DNA of 64,000 nt from the human T2T-CHM13v2.0 reference genome, Homo sapiens. The stretch is from the NCBI RefSeq assembly GCF_009914755.1, contig NC_060934.1; one strand, 5' to 3'. Position 1 is the stretch's first letter, and each line of letters begins with the position of its first letter. Below are positions 23,121 to 41,746 of the stretch, piece by piece. A model generated the notes under the pieces. The model worked only from the letters and a program-made list of their open reading frames with translations. It was not told where the DNA came from and did not search any database. The translations under genes were made by a program, and so were the position numbers.

Positions 23121-26100
23121 CAGCAGTGAGTCAGTCCCAGCAGCTAGCTGTCTCTGGGATCCAGACTTTGCAGCTTGGTCAGGGTGCTCCTTCTACCGGT
23201 CTCCCCTCTCCCCGCAATTGATCTTTCCTTCCTCGGTGGCCTTTTCCTCCTCTTCCCTGTCTTAGGCATACTTAAGGGTTCTCCAGCCCTTCACACACTC
23301 ACATGATTTATAAAAGGACCTAGTTATATTCGGGAGGGAGGCATCAGTTGTGACTGAATTCACTCAAGGAGGCTGGAGGAAACTTAAGGGAGTCTGTACT
23401 TCCTGTCTCAAACTATAGCATTTGAGGGAAGCAGAGAATTTGCAAATTAACAGGTTTTAACTTCTGCCTGGGAAGTGCCTGACCTTTGAGGCGGGGAATT
23501 TCTAGAAGCAACCTTTAAGAGTAGATGTGAGGAAGGAACTGAAAGAGTAGTTACACCAAAGAGGGCTTAGGAGAGGGCCCAAGATGAACTGAGATCTTCC
23601 CTTAGTCCCATGAGGGAAGGCTCTGGAAAGAGGGTCTTGGGGGCTGAGGTTGCTTTTGTACTTTTTGGGAACCTGGGCAGGACTGAGAAACCTTTGTGTG
23701 TGGATTATTTATTATTTTTTAAATACCCTGTCACAGCAAGGTCAGGATGCTGACCTGCTGAAAGATGCCAGATCAAGTACTGGGTGGGCAAGTGGGAAAG
23801 GTCAGAAGGCTTGTTTGTCTTGGTACTGCCATTTACTGCTGAATGACCTCAACCAAGTTGCTTAACCTCTCTGGGCCTCAGCTACTTATCTGTCCAGTGA
23901 GGGAGTTGAACTAGACAGTCTCTAGGGAGCCATCCAGTTATCAAGTTTTGTAGCTTTTAATGTTGGCAACACTTGCAAAGGCATAAAGGATAATAAACCC
24001 CTTTGTCTGATTCTGTATGACCATATTAAGTGCATGTGTGTGTGTCTTTGCCTGTGTTTCTATCTCTTTTAAAGGTCTTGTCTTAAACCAGACTAACTCT
24101 TTTCTACTTTCAAGATAATCTCATTTCCTCCTAATTCCTGCAGGATCCTATTAGTAAGAGCTGAGCCCAGCTTTGAATCTTTGCCATACTGTTTGCTCAG
24201 AAGAGGAAAGACCAGCAGATGCTATTCACTGCCAGCAAACTGTAGCCTTTAAATGAGTCTTTTTAGGGAGCCCCAAGTCCCAGGATTTATCTGTCTTTTT
24301 CATCTAACATTCGCTTTATGTCAGGCTCTGTGCTAACTGCTTTGCATGCGTTGTCTTGATTAGCCCTTACAACAACCTTATGAGTTAGGTTTTATTATTT
24401 TCTCTATTTTACAGAAAAGGAATCTGAAGCCCAGAGGGGTTCAGCTTCTTGCCTAAGATTGCACAGCAGTAAAATAGCAGATCCAGGATTTAAGCCCACT
24501 TCATACTTCATATCATATGTACCACCATTCCAAACTCTGTTCTATGAAGGTGTCCTAGGGGTTGCTATAAACAATGTAGGTACTGTGTAAAATATATGTA
24601 TTTTCAAGGGCCGCTGTGGAACTGAGGATGAAAACCATTCATTTTCAGAATTATCTCTCTTAATCATATGGATCAGAAAGCATAGGTTGCCTAAATGAAC
24701 TCAGTGCCTTCTGGCAGCCAAGTTGAGAGGCTGAGGACACAAAGAGTCTCAGGTTGAGAGGGCTCAGACACTCCCTGTTTTTTCACTCTGTTTAGAAAAT
24801 AGTTTGTTTCTTTAAGTGCCTTTATAGACAAAGATGGTATTCTTCAGCCAAGGCACACAGCCAGCCATTTAGTGTCTGGCTCTCTATAGAAGCTGGCTTG
24901 TCTCAGTAGAATCACAAGGTAAGTGCTCCCCTGTGAGTGCTTTGGCCCCATATCCTGTGCCCTTCAAATGCTGTATTGAGGGTCCACACAGTAGAAACCA
25001 GAAGAAAATCTTACAGGCATCAGATAGTTCCACTTGTTGTCTCATAGATGAAGAAACAGAACTATAAAGTGGCTTGTCCAAAAATCATGTATCAAGTTTG
25101 TAGCAACAACAGAAATGGGATCCAGGCCTTCTGCCTCTGGTTTATCCTATACTTGATAAATATATACCTAATGCAAGTGTCTGTGGCTCTCTGGACCTCT
25201 GTACACAACCTGTGTTAGGGACATACTTTATTCTCTATCATTACTTATGACAACCAAAAAAATTAGCCCATAGAAAACAGCTGTCACTTAAAAAAGAGAT
25301 TACATTGTTAATTTCATATATTGAGATAATATTAAAATGGGCCCTTTCTGTATATCTTCATACTCATAAAGGAAAAGGTTTTTTGTTGATGATATTTTAT
25401 CATCTAAGATATGCATTCTAAAATTCTACAATATAGGTGAATAGTATTTGACAGGTATGGTAACAAGGTAAACCTCAAATGAATTTTTGGTAAACCAGAT
25501 TAGGAGCCCTGATCATGATTTGAAATAGTCTTTTAAACATGTGAAGTGTTATTTGCAAAAAGTTTTATGTATAACAGAAAATCCATTGATAATGGTTTAC
25601 TTGTGAAGGAGAAAAGGAGAAAAAAACTTTTAGTTAAGATTAGTTAATATTTTCCCAGGTCTTACTTACAAGATTCAGACATTTAAATTAATGTAAATTA
25701 AATTACATTTCATTTTTAGATAATATAAATCGAAAGCATGAACTTTAAAAGTAATATGTAGAACTTCTTATAAGAAGTTCAACATAAAAATATCTTCTTA
25801 TATTGCTGTTTATCACTGTAAAACAATCTCTCAGAATAAATTCTATTCCCTTATGTTTCAGAATGACACAAGTATCTTAAAATTTAAGACCCAGCATAAT
25901 ACACATATGGGAAGAGAAGTTTATTGCTCATTTTTTGTCTTTGAAAAAATGGCACTCATTTCTCTTAACTAAGAATTTCTTGAGTCTTTTGTTACATATC
26001 TATGGTATGAACACTTGGTTCTCATTTTTCATCCTAGCAAAAAAGAGAGAGTAATAATTTAAGATATACCCTGAAAATATTTTTACTTTTAACATTAGCT

Positions 26101-27909
26101 TTGTAATATCCTTGAAGCATTTTCCTTAAAACTAGGGTTCTTTTGTTTGCATAATGATTTTTCTTCGTGGGACTTAAAGTACTATGGAGTTGGATCCCAT
26201 TCCGTTGAATGCATAGATAGCTCTCTGGTGGTGGTTGGAATTGTTCAGTGCCTAGGATGGTTAGCAGGTACTTAAGGGTTTGTTGAATTTAAAAGAAGGT
26301 GAGTTTCTTTAAAATTCCTTTAAAGAATTAATTCTCGATGAGCCTGAGAGGGAATTTGGAATTCCTTTGGTTTCTCCTCATTTTATAGTTGAGGAAGCTG
26401 AGACCCAAATAGCTAAAGGAATTTGCTAGAAGTGGAATAACTCTTTTGTGGTGGGTGGGAATTAAGGGAAACCAATACTTATTGAGCATCTATATGCATT
26501 AGATACTTTATATATTTCAGTACATTTAATTCTTAGAACTCTCAGGTAGCAACCAGTTCAGAAAAGTTGTGCAACTTGCCCAAGCTAATGTAGCTAGTAA
26601 ATGAAGGAGCTAAAATAAAATTTAGATCTGTCCAGCTATGAAGCCTGTATAGTCTTTCCACCATCCTGTGCTGATTTCTATCTCTTGATTCCCCAATTTT
26701 GTCATTAAAAATGTATAAGATGATATTGGCTTGAATTAAGTAATATACTTTGCCCAAACCAGTGATATACACTTACTCTTTTTGGGCCAACAATGCAACC
26801 AAGTATGTTGTACAGTGAGAAGAGTATTCAATTTGAGGTGGAACTTTGCCTCAAGTCCCAGTTTTGTCTCTGACTGGCTGTAATACCTGTCTGGAAATCA
26901 GTTTCTGCATAATACAAATGTGGAAATAGACTTGATGATTTCCATATACTTCTTAATTGGCCTATCCACATGGTCAACAAATATGTTTTGGAAACAGGGT
27001 TGATATACATAAATCCAGTACCTTGTGGAAGTGATATGGGAGAGTCTCATGCAGAGGAAGAGGAAACCAAGTGAATGTTAGACCTGGTATTTGGTTAAGA
27101 AAAAAAAAAAAGAAAGAAAAATCAATAGGGAGATAAAGGAAAGATCACAATAGTATGGAAATCTCTTTTTAGAAACTAATGAACATTAGTGTCACTGATT
27201 CACTGACTGCCTGAGTGCTCACTTCACTTTCTCTCCCTCACACAAGACACCCACACACCTCCTTCAGTGATTCTATTACAGATTTCTGCTTTCAACAAAA
27301 GAGGGCAATTCACACAGTGTAAGAAAAATGACCGTCTTGCTCTAGGCCAAACATACCCTATGTCTTTCTTATAGGAGCTGAAAATGATGAGTAGGCTTAC
27401 CTACAGGAATAGCCGAGAGGTGTTTGCCTGGGTTACAGATTAAAAGGTTTTCAGATGAACTTCTGCTGTGGAGGCTTTTAAGTCTCAGTTACATCATCTT
27501 TAAGCTATGAAGAGTAATGTGAATCTCCTTTGAAATTCTGTAAAAACTAAATGAAGAACTGTCATCACATAGGAAGTTTAGTAAATATTTTTGTATTGTA
27601 GCTTCTGTCTTCCCAAATACCATCCTCAGCTGGCCATAACTGTCTTCATTTACTAGTATTAAAGTCATTTGACTTATAGTAATTTGTAACTTATATAGAG
27701 GTTTAGTTTTGTTTCTAATCATTATGAAGGCTTGTGATGGCGATGGGTCATGGTAGAAATACTGGCCTTAGAGACAGAAGAAGTTGATACCAGCCTGGAC
27801 TATATCTTTGACTTAGGGTGTTACCAGAGGCAGGAGTTGCCTCTTTAATTTTCAGTTTCTTCAACTGTAAATTGAGAAGGTTGGACAAGATGACTCCTTA
27901 TAAACCTAA

Positions 27910-28250
<341 letters not shown>

Positions 28251-30420
28251 CAATGCGTTGCTTTAACTTGTAAAGTTTTATTTGATTCACTGCTGAAATC
28301 AGTTAATGAATGCTATATAAATGCAGAACATGTTCATATGTTCCATGTTTGACTTTATAATGATCATTTACTCACAGAATATTTACAGAAAGTCCTATCA
28401 ATGTACAATGAGTTAAGTACATAAACTAATAATGGAAATGAGAACTCCATTTCAAAATAAGAATAAGCATAATCTGAGTTTACAGGACTTAAGACTTCCT
28501 GATTTACTTGGAGTCAACATGAAGTTTCGTCGTAGATTTCTAGACCAAGGGCCTCAGTATACCTCTATAATTTCTCTCGAGAGAATACATGTTTCGACAT
28601 TTGGAAGCTCCCTACTTACTTTTTAAAAACAACCTGTTTTCAATTTGCCTCTGTAGTTGGCTTTAAAATTTCAAAAAAGGGTTACATGTTGTGGTGTAGC
28701 AATGGTACAGGATTATCCTCCCATTTTCTAGAATATGCATTTGGAAGTAGAAAGGGGATTTCCCAAACTGCAAAATAAATTACAAGAGTTATGCTTACTG
28801 TCTGGAGAGATAACTGAGGCTCTCACCAGACTGATTTTCCAGCCTCAACTTCTGGATAAGCCAAATGTTACTTTCAACTCCAGAAAGGCAGCAGTTTGTT
28901 GCACATGGTTCAGATTTTAAGGCTACCCTTTTTCAGTCTTAAGAGTGCTGTTGGATTCAACATACACTGCATTTTATGATTACATTGTAATATACTGTGA
29001 TGCCAAGGCGTATGTTGTTGATGCTATTTTGCACTTGGTTGGTACAGAAGCATTAGGCCCTGGCTGTTTTCTCTGTTCAGTGCTGATTTGGTGTTCAAAG
29101 AGTTATTTATGCAGAATTACTAAGATAGCACATTTGGATTTTGATAACTTTGGCAGCTTCATGGCTGTTATGTGCAAATAGGCAGTTCACTAGTACTGGG
29201 GCTATGCTTGGGAGAGTCTGCAGCCAGCAGCGTTGTGAAGCTTTTCCCAGCACAGCAATGTCATACGCATCAGTGGGGCTTGTTTTGCTTGCTTTATCTG
29301 CTTTTCAGCTTTTGGTAATAAACTAAAATTTGTTTAGTAACAAACTAAAATTACACATAGCGTAATTTCCACTTTGGCTGTGCAATTACTCTCCTGAGTC
29401 TTTCTTCCTACAGGAAGAAAAACTTGACCTATACAAATATTTGGGTAGATGACTGTCCCATGAAATACTTCAGTTTAGGAGAGGATTAGTCCTCTTGGCT
29501 AAGTCTTTCACAGCTTTGCCCCTCCACACCCTCCTCTTTCCTACAGTGCCAAATCTAGTATAGAAACCATGAGTGAATTTCTTTTTTATACCCAAGGATA
29601 TTATTGAGTGCCTCAAAGCAATCATAGGATAAATCTAGTTTTATTACTTTCATTATAGGTAGAGCTCAGAGGAAACACAAATTAGCTTAAATATAATCTG
29701 ATCCCAAGGTAGTAAAGTTTATTTTTCCAAACAAAAATCCTGTTACCTATCTTTTTGTACAAGGTGGCAGCTTCTGTCTCTATTCTCTTCCCCCACACAA
29801 AGTTGCTAATACTTCTATTTAATTGAGATCCAATTAATTTTTATTCATTTTAATATCTGTTATAATCTTCCTCATTTAATAAATATGACTAAAACAAGAC
29901 AATGTAGGATTTTTAAAAACCTGTCCGATTGGCAAAGTACCCACTGCACCTATAGCTTAAAAGGAATCTTAGAGTTATGTAAGGTTTTGGTTTATTTATT
30001 TAGCTTTCTCACCATTTATGTCTTTTGTCCAATGTGTATGCCTTGTTACATTATCAGAGAAGAATTTGACACATGGCTTTTATCTGAGAAAGAAGGAATG
30101 GTATGATAGTAAAGAATTATATTGTATCAATTCTAATATGCACCATTTTTACATTTGGATGTCTTTCAAATTGAGATGTGTCTTACAATTGAGGGCATGT
30201 CATATTCAGTCGGCATTTCTTTTCTTTCAGTGGTACACAATATAACAAGGCATCTTACAATTAATGCCATTTTATATTTGATGAAATGTGATATTAGGAA
30301 ATGGGAAAATAAATTCCAGGGTCTCTTCAACGACAAAGTTCTATTATCATCTATAAATTACCAACTTGCAGCAAAATATTCATATATGGAAGCAAAATGT
30401 AAACCTTACTGCTGTATGTA

Positions 30421-30679
30421 AATTTTTTTATTTTTTATTTTCTTAAAAAGAGACAGGGTCCCACTCTGTTTCTCAGGCAGGAGTATAGTGTTGAGATTAT
30501 AGTTCATGGCATTCCTAGGCTCAGGTGATCCTCCCACCTTAGCCTCCTAAGTAGCTGGGAGTACAGGCACATGCCACCATGCCTGGCTAATTTTTTAATT
30601 TTAATTTTTGTAGAGACACGGTCTTACCTTGGCTTCCCAAAGTGCTGGGATTACAGGCCTGAGCCAGCACACTCAGCTC
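30421..30679 (-). mobile_element. Degraded AluJ
   Basis: Reverse Alu with internal deletions. Confidence 0.8.
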
Positions 30680-31158
30680 CTGCTGTATATAAATTAGATT
30701 GTTATTTGTCTTCGTAATAGTTTTGTTTAAAATAGACAAGCTATACTAAAACATGTAACCACATTTTCTTTTTGATGTATGTGAAATACACAAAATATTG
30801 TGCTAGAAACTACAGCAACTTTTATTTTCCGAATAGGTAAAGTCAGAATTATCCTAATTTTTCTCACGTTATCTGGCAGTTTTTCTCTGATACTGTGGGA
30901 AAATGCCTAGGATAGTGAAAATAAAAGACCACTGAGGACTAATAATAGAAGGGAATAGATATGTCTCTCCTTTCTAAAGTGTGTAAAGGTTTCACAATGG
31001 AAGTTACTTCTTATGTAGCAATGTAACCAGTTTAGACCGATGAGATTTAAATGCAATTGTGAAGATAAGCATTTTTTCTTTTTTTCCCGTCAATTGCTTG
31101 GAATAAAATGAAGAGTATGATTTTCCTCTTATTTGATGCCTCAGACCGCTATGCTGAA

Positions 31159-31375
31159 CAAGGTTTCTCAACCTTGGAACTACAGACATTTGGGACCAGA
31201 TAGGCCTTTGCTGTGGGGGCTGTCTTATTCACTGTAAGATGTTCAGCAGCACCTCTGGCTTCTATCCATTAGATGCCAGTGGCAACACACCCTGCCAGTG
31301 TGAAAACCGAATGTGTCTGCAGACATTGCCAAATATCCCCTGTGGGGCAAAACTGCCTCTGGTTGAAAGCCACTG
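31159..31375. mobile_element. MER20 DNA transposon
   Basis: TTTCTCAACCTTGG...CAGACATTGCCAAATATCCCCTG...GCCACTG. Confidence 0.8.
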
Positions 31376-31774
31376 GTGTAGGGGAGCACATATGATACAT
31401 AACGTATAAAATGCTACTCTGGGACTATCCCTATTTCAAGGGTTCTGTATGTATGTGTACACATATGTGTGTACATATATCTGTGTGTGCATATATTTAT
31501 GCTCATATAGGCATTTGTCAGATTACATGTCTATTTATTTATTTAAAATATAAGATCATTGTATATATAGAACCTGACACAAGTGAGAACTGAAACATTT
31601 TGATAGATCAATGAAATATGAATTAATTTACATTGGTATGTCATCAGGGCTCAAAAAGAACATCTGACTAAATATGTAGAATCTGTTGCTAAGCATGGTT
31701 TTACTACCTACATGGTTAAATGTTTAATATTTAAGGTTTCCCATAAAAAGATGAATTTTGAAGGGAAAGCACTA

Positions 31775-36048
<4,274 letters not shown>

Positions 36049-36065
36049 GAGAAAAGAAAGGAAAG

Positions 36066-36067
<2 letters not shown>

Positions 36068-36120
<53 letters not shown>
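36068..36120. repeat. (TG)n microsatellite
   Basis: About 21 pure TG units plus a degenerate tail. Confidence 0.95.
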
Positions 36121-36561
36121 ACCTGGAAGAACAGAAAGAGGGAAGGGGGGTACAGTTTGGTGTAGAGGAGTGGGGAAAGGGAACAAATGAAGATGAATGA
36201 ACTGATGGAAAACAATTAGCAATCTGTCATCCTGCGGAATATTGCCTTATTTTTACATGAAGCTCCATTTACCATTGAGCAGTTTTATAGTTCTGATGAA
36301 ACTGAACTATTTTTCCCTAGTAAGTAGTTGAGGAGTTAAGTTCTTGATGATTTAATCATTATAAAGATAAGTTGACTGTGCTTGCATTTCAGAACTTTAT
36401 TTCAGCTTATCCCATTAAAGGAATATTAGTACCTTACAATGTATTTTTTAAATATTCCGTTTGCCATTTTAACTTATTGATTCAACTAGAAGTTGTTCAG
36501 AATTTGAACTTATCACAAATGAATTTCCTAGAAGAAATGATTGAAATGTTATATTACATAG

Positions 36562-36867
<306 letters not shown>

Positions 36868-38262
36868 CTACATATACATTATTTAAAGCTTTAATAAGCA
36901 TATGTTTAAAGATACAGTTTTAAATATTAAGAATGCTTAGAATTCTGTTAAGTCAGAAGAAAGCTTAAGAAAACAAAAACAAACAGTGACCACATGATAA
37001 AAAAGAATGTTTAAGCTTCATGGTGCAAATTACCTTAGCACAAACTGAAGAGTGACCAATTCTTTACTCCCTATCCATAAACATGAAACATACACAACCT
37101 ACTGTGAGAAGGGAGGAGCTTGTTGTTGTACACTATGTTCATTATGGAGAAATAAGAGACAATGTTGTGAATATTAGAGATGAATCCAAGGCTTCTGAAA
37201 AGAAAGATGAAGACTATGATTTTTCTGGATAAGGTAAACTTTTAGGATGGTTGTTTTGGGTATTGACAATAATTAGTTCTTTGGAAAGCCTCTCACAATA
37301 CAGTCCCCTGAAAGTTATTTAGCAATGTATCTGTCTTTCCATGTTTATGAAAAAGAGGCAAATAACAAATGATATTGAGGCATTCGTTAAAGAACCAATG
37401 TTTTTAGTAAACATCTTGTGAAAAGCTCCTTTCTGAATTAGAATTTTAGAAGTAAAGGGGATTTTAGAGATCACGTAATCCAATTTATTTTTATGGGTGA
37501 GGAAAATGAGACCAAGGGAGTTGGTGACCATCACTTGCATTAGCTATGGCTGCAGCGAACTTGCAGTTTAATAACAGACACGAAGAAAAAGATGCTGAGT
37601 CATCAAATAAAGGTTAATTTATGTTCATTATTCGCTGATCCCAAACCTGGCTGGGCATAAAGATCACCTGAAGAGCCTGATAATATGTTCCCAGGCCCTG
37701 CCTAGACCTTGTGAACAAGACAATCTGCAATAGGATCTGAAGTCTATATTAAACACAAAGTCTTTGTAATTCGGAAGTAGTTAGTCCTTAAACACAAACT
37801 TGAGAGAAGTAAACAGTATTTGATAAAATTGAAACACATATAAACATGTCATAGAAACAGCTTCATATAAACAGCTTCATATAAACAGCTGATATAAATA
37901 ACTGCAGCTTTAGTCACTGAAAAAATTTGGTTACAGGCCATTCTGGGTACTTGAAACATTCCAGTATTGTGAAGGAGCCTATCAGTACTGCAAATTTAAA
38001 ATGTCTGGAAGGTGCTTTATGAAGGCAGGGGGCTCACAGGTTCTGAGCCTTGGAATGAGAAATCACTTGGCTGTATACTCCTGTTTCTCCCTCACTTTTT
38101 TTGGGGTTTTTTGTTTTCTCAACTGTAACATAGGGGCTATCATAAGAGCAACCTGCCTCCTGTTATTATCTGTCTCTTTATGTAAACATCCTGTTTCCCA
38201 AAGAGTTCTACAGGTTTTTTAAGTACCAGGACCATATTTTGTGACTTCCTGTATTCAGTGCC

Positions 38263-38640
38263 TGATACGGTTTGGCTGTGTCTGCACCCAAAATCTCATC
38301 TTGAATTGTAATCTCCATAATTCCCACGTGTCAAGGGAGAGACCAGGTGGAGGTAATTGGATCGTGGGGGCAGCTTCCCCTGAGCTGTTCTCATGATAGT
38401 GAGGGAGATCTCACGAGATCTGATGGTTTTATAAGTGTGTAGTAGTCCCTCCTGGGTTCATTTTCCCCACTGCCACCTTATGAAGAAGGTGCCTTGCTTC
38501 TCCTTCACCTTCCGCCACGGTTTTAAGTTTCCTGAGGCCTCCCCAGCCAAATGGAACTGTGAGTCAATTAAATGTCTTTCCTTTATAAGTTACCCAGTCT
38601 CGGGCAGTTCTTTGTAGCAGTGTGAGAACGGACTAATACA
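38263..38640 (+). mobile_element. THE1/MSTA-type MaLR solo LTR
   Basis: TGATACGGTTTGGCTGTG...GGACTAATACA; flanks GTGCC/GTGTC. Confidence 0.88.
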
Positions 38641-38916
38641 GTGTCTCTTGAAAATACCTTGCCTATTTCAGAAAAACAGCATGGGAATAGTGTCTAGGAG
38701 GAGGGGTTTTGGGATCATAAACCTAGGTTTGAATCCAAGAATTTCCACTTTCACTTACTGTGTGACACTAGAAAGTTATGTAACTCTGTGGCTCAATTCC
38801 CTCATTGCAAAAGGTATAGAATGCCTCTTACTGTTGTAAAGAGTAAACAATCTTATATATGTAAAGAGGCTAACATAATTTCTGAAATGTACTAAACTTT
38901 TTTTAAAAGTTATAAT

Positions 38917-39334
38917 GTATTGTCTCCGATTTATGATGGTTCTACCTACAATTATTCAAATTTTTGAGGGCGCACATGTACCCTAAAACTTGAAGTATAA
39001 TAAAAAAAAGGTAGAAAAATGATAAAAAAAAATAAAAATCGAATTCATCAAAAAAAAAAGTGATACACATTCAGTAAAAACTATACTTTGGTACAGCATT
39101 CAATCAATCACATAAGATATTCAACACTTTAGTAAAAAATAGGCTTTATTTTAGATGATTTTGCCCAACTGTGGGCTAATGTAAGTGTTCTGAGCATGTT
39201 TATGGTAGGCTAGGTTAAAGCAATGATGTTTAGTAGGTTAGATGTATTAAATACATTTTCAATTTACGTATTTTCAACTTAAGATGGGTTTACTGGGATG
39301 GGTTTATCAGAACATAAGTTGAGGAGCACCTGTA
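38917..39334. mobile_element. Tigger2a/MER28-like DNA transposon containing a tiny L1 tail
   Basis: TTAGATGATTTTGCCCAACTGT.GGCTAATGTAAGTGTTCTGAGCA; ends AAGTTGAGGAGCACCTGTA. Confidence 0.7.
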
Positions 39335-39790
39335 TATTACATGCACCTGGCTATGGCTACAGGTGCTAGGGATAGAATAGTGAAGACAACAGACAAAATC
39401 CCTGTCCTCATGGACTCTTGTGGGGATGGGGGAAATGCATAATAAACAGGCAAAATAAAAATAATAAGTAATTATTGATAGAACCAAGTGCTATAAGGAA
39501 AAAAATAGGGGAACGTGGCAGAGAATGGCTGAGGGGTAGGGTAGAATGCATTCAATAGGATGGTCAGGAAAGACCTATTTGAAGAGGTGACTCTGAGCTG
39601 AGGAAGGAAGGATGAGAAGATGTTCATGGAGCAAGCTGAGGTCATCACATTCCAGAGAGGAAGCCACAAGAACAAAGACCTCGAGATGGAATGAACTCTG
39701 TTCAAGTAATCTAAGAACAGAAAGAAAGCCAGTGTTGCTGGAATGTAGTGAGAGATGGGTAATGTGGTAGAAGATGAGAGGAAGGCGTGC
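39335..39790. mobile_element. L2 fragment
   Basis: GACAAAATCCCTGTCCTCATGGA, GGTCAGGAAAGACCT...GAGGTGAC. Confidence 0.7.
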
Positions 39791-40492
39791 AGAAGGTGCT
39801 CAATAAATGGTTAAAATGTTGTGGTAACATAGAAACATGTGAAGTGCTTTACAGATTTCCCCTCTAGGAATATGTACATTGTGAATGCATTTTCATCTTT
39901 TCCCCCTTTGGGTGTCTTTATTGTAGCGTTTTAGTTTTACTTTGTCTCTTTCTTTTTCCTCCTCCTTTCAGTCTTGGCCTTCCTGCCCACTGCCTCCTTA
40001 GCTCTGGAAGCTTGGGTTTTCCAGCTTCTCTGATGAGACTTCAGTCAAAGAATAAGCTATTCCTAATTGCTCCATTCTCAAGTTTAAATGAATAAACTGA
40101 AATATTTGAAAGGTAAAGGGGTAAAAAAAAAAAAAAAAAGAAAATTCAGAATTCCTTGCAAAAATCACTTTGGTGTTTTTCTTGCTCTTAGGCTTAAGCC
40201 TGTAAAATGAAATGTTTTCAAGACACACATAGCAGTAGCAGGATAAGGGAAGAGGCACATTGGGTCAATTCATGGCTCAACATTTCTTTTCCTCACGAGC
40301 CCACCTGAGATGACATCTGGCAGGTCCCTGACTTCTTTCAAGCTGGAGGCTGGCAAGTCTGGTTATCTGGCATTTCTTGACACACACGTTGCTGCTTTTT
40401 TATGGTGGGGTCTAAAATGTTGAGTGAGGTCAGGGCTGCTGAAAGAACTGCCAGTAAGAGACTCAAGGCACAGGAGTAAGATTGGAAGAGCC

Positions 40493-40797
40493 AGGCTGGG
40501 CCCAGTGGCTCATGCCTGTAATCACAGCACTTTGGGAGGCCGAGGCAGGTGGATAACCTGAGGTCAAGAGTTCAAGACCAGCCTGGCCAACATGGTGAAA
40601 CCCCATCTCTACTAAAAATACAAAAATTAGCCAAGCGTGGTGGTGCATGCCTGTAGTCCTAGCTGCTCAGGAGGCTGAGGCTGGACGATTGCTTCAGCCC
40701 AGGAAGCGGAGGTTGCAGTGAGCCAAGATCGCACCACAGCACTCTAGCCTGGGTGACAGAGCAAGACTTCATCTCAAAAAATATATAAATAAATAAA
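40493..40797 (+). mobile_element. AluSx-like
   Basis: TSD AAGA(T/A)TGGAAGAGCCA. Confidence 0.92.
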
Positions 40798-41256
40798 GAA
40801 TGGAAGAGCCAGAAGTGAGACGACTTGGAGGAGTTAGAGGAGGCCAATTCTGCATGACAGGAGAAGGAAGTATAGGCAGACTTATCCCTAGTGAAGAGTA
40901 GTCACAATCGAAAACTGGCAGTATGAGTTTTAGGAAATAAAATCATCATTAGCTTCTCCAATATGAAAAATGTGGAATTTGGTTTCGTTATATTCCTTTC
41001 TTTCTTTACCCTCTCCATTGTTTTATTATAGTTATAATTTTTCTGTTGGTTATTTTGATTTTTGCATCTATAAATTTTAGATACCTTTTATTCTTTTCTT
41101 CTTTTGCCCTCCTACCTCTGTTGACTATTCTAATATTTTTGGATAATTAAAGATAATAACATTTGTATTCTGTTACTAGAGTAAAAGAATTCTCTGCTTT
41201 GTCCATTAATTTCCTCTAAGAATTGACAGATAAATAATCGAATCCTGCCATTTTAA

Positions 41257-41746
<490 letters not shown>

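Noticed and set aside
37855-37898. 14-bp unit AAACAGCTTCATAT repeated about three times
   Set aside because: Ordinary slippage duplication with no functional hint.
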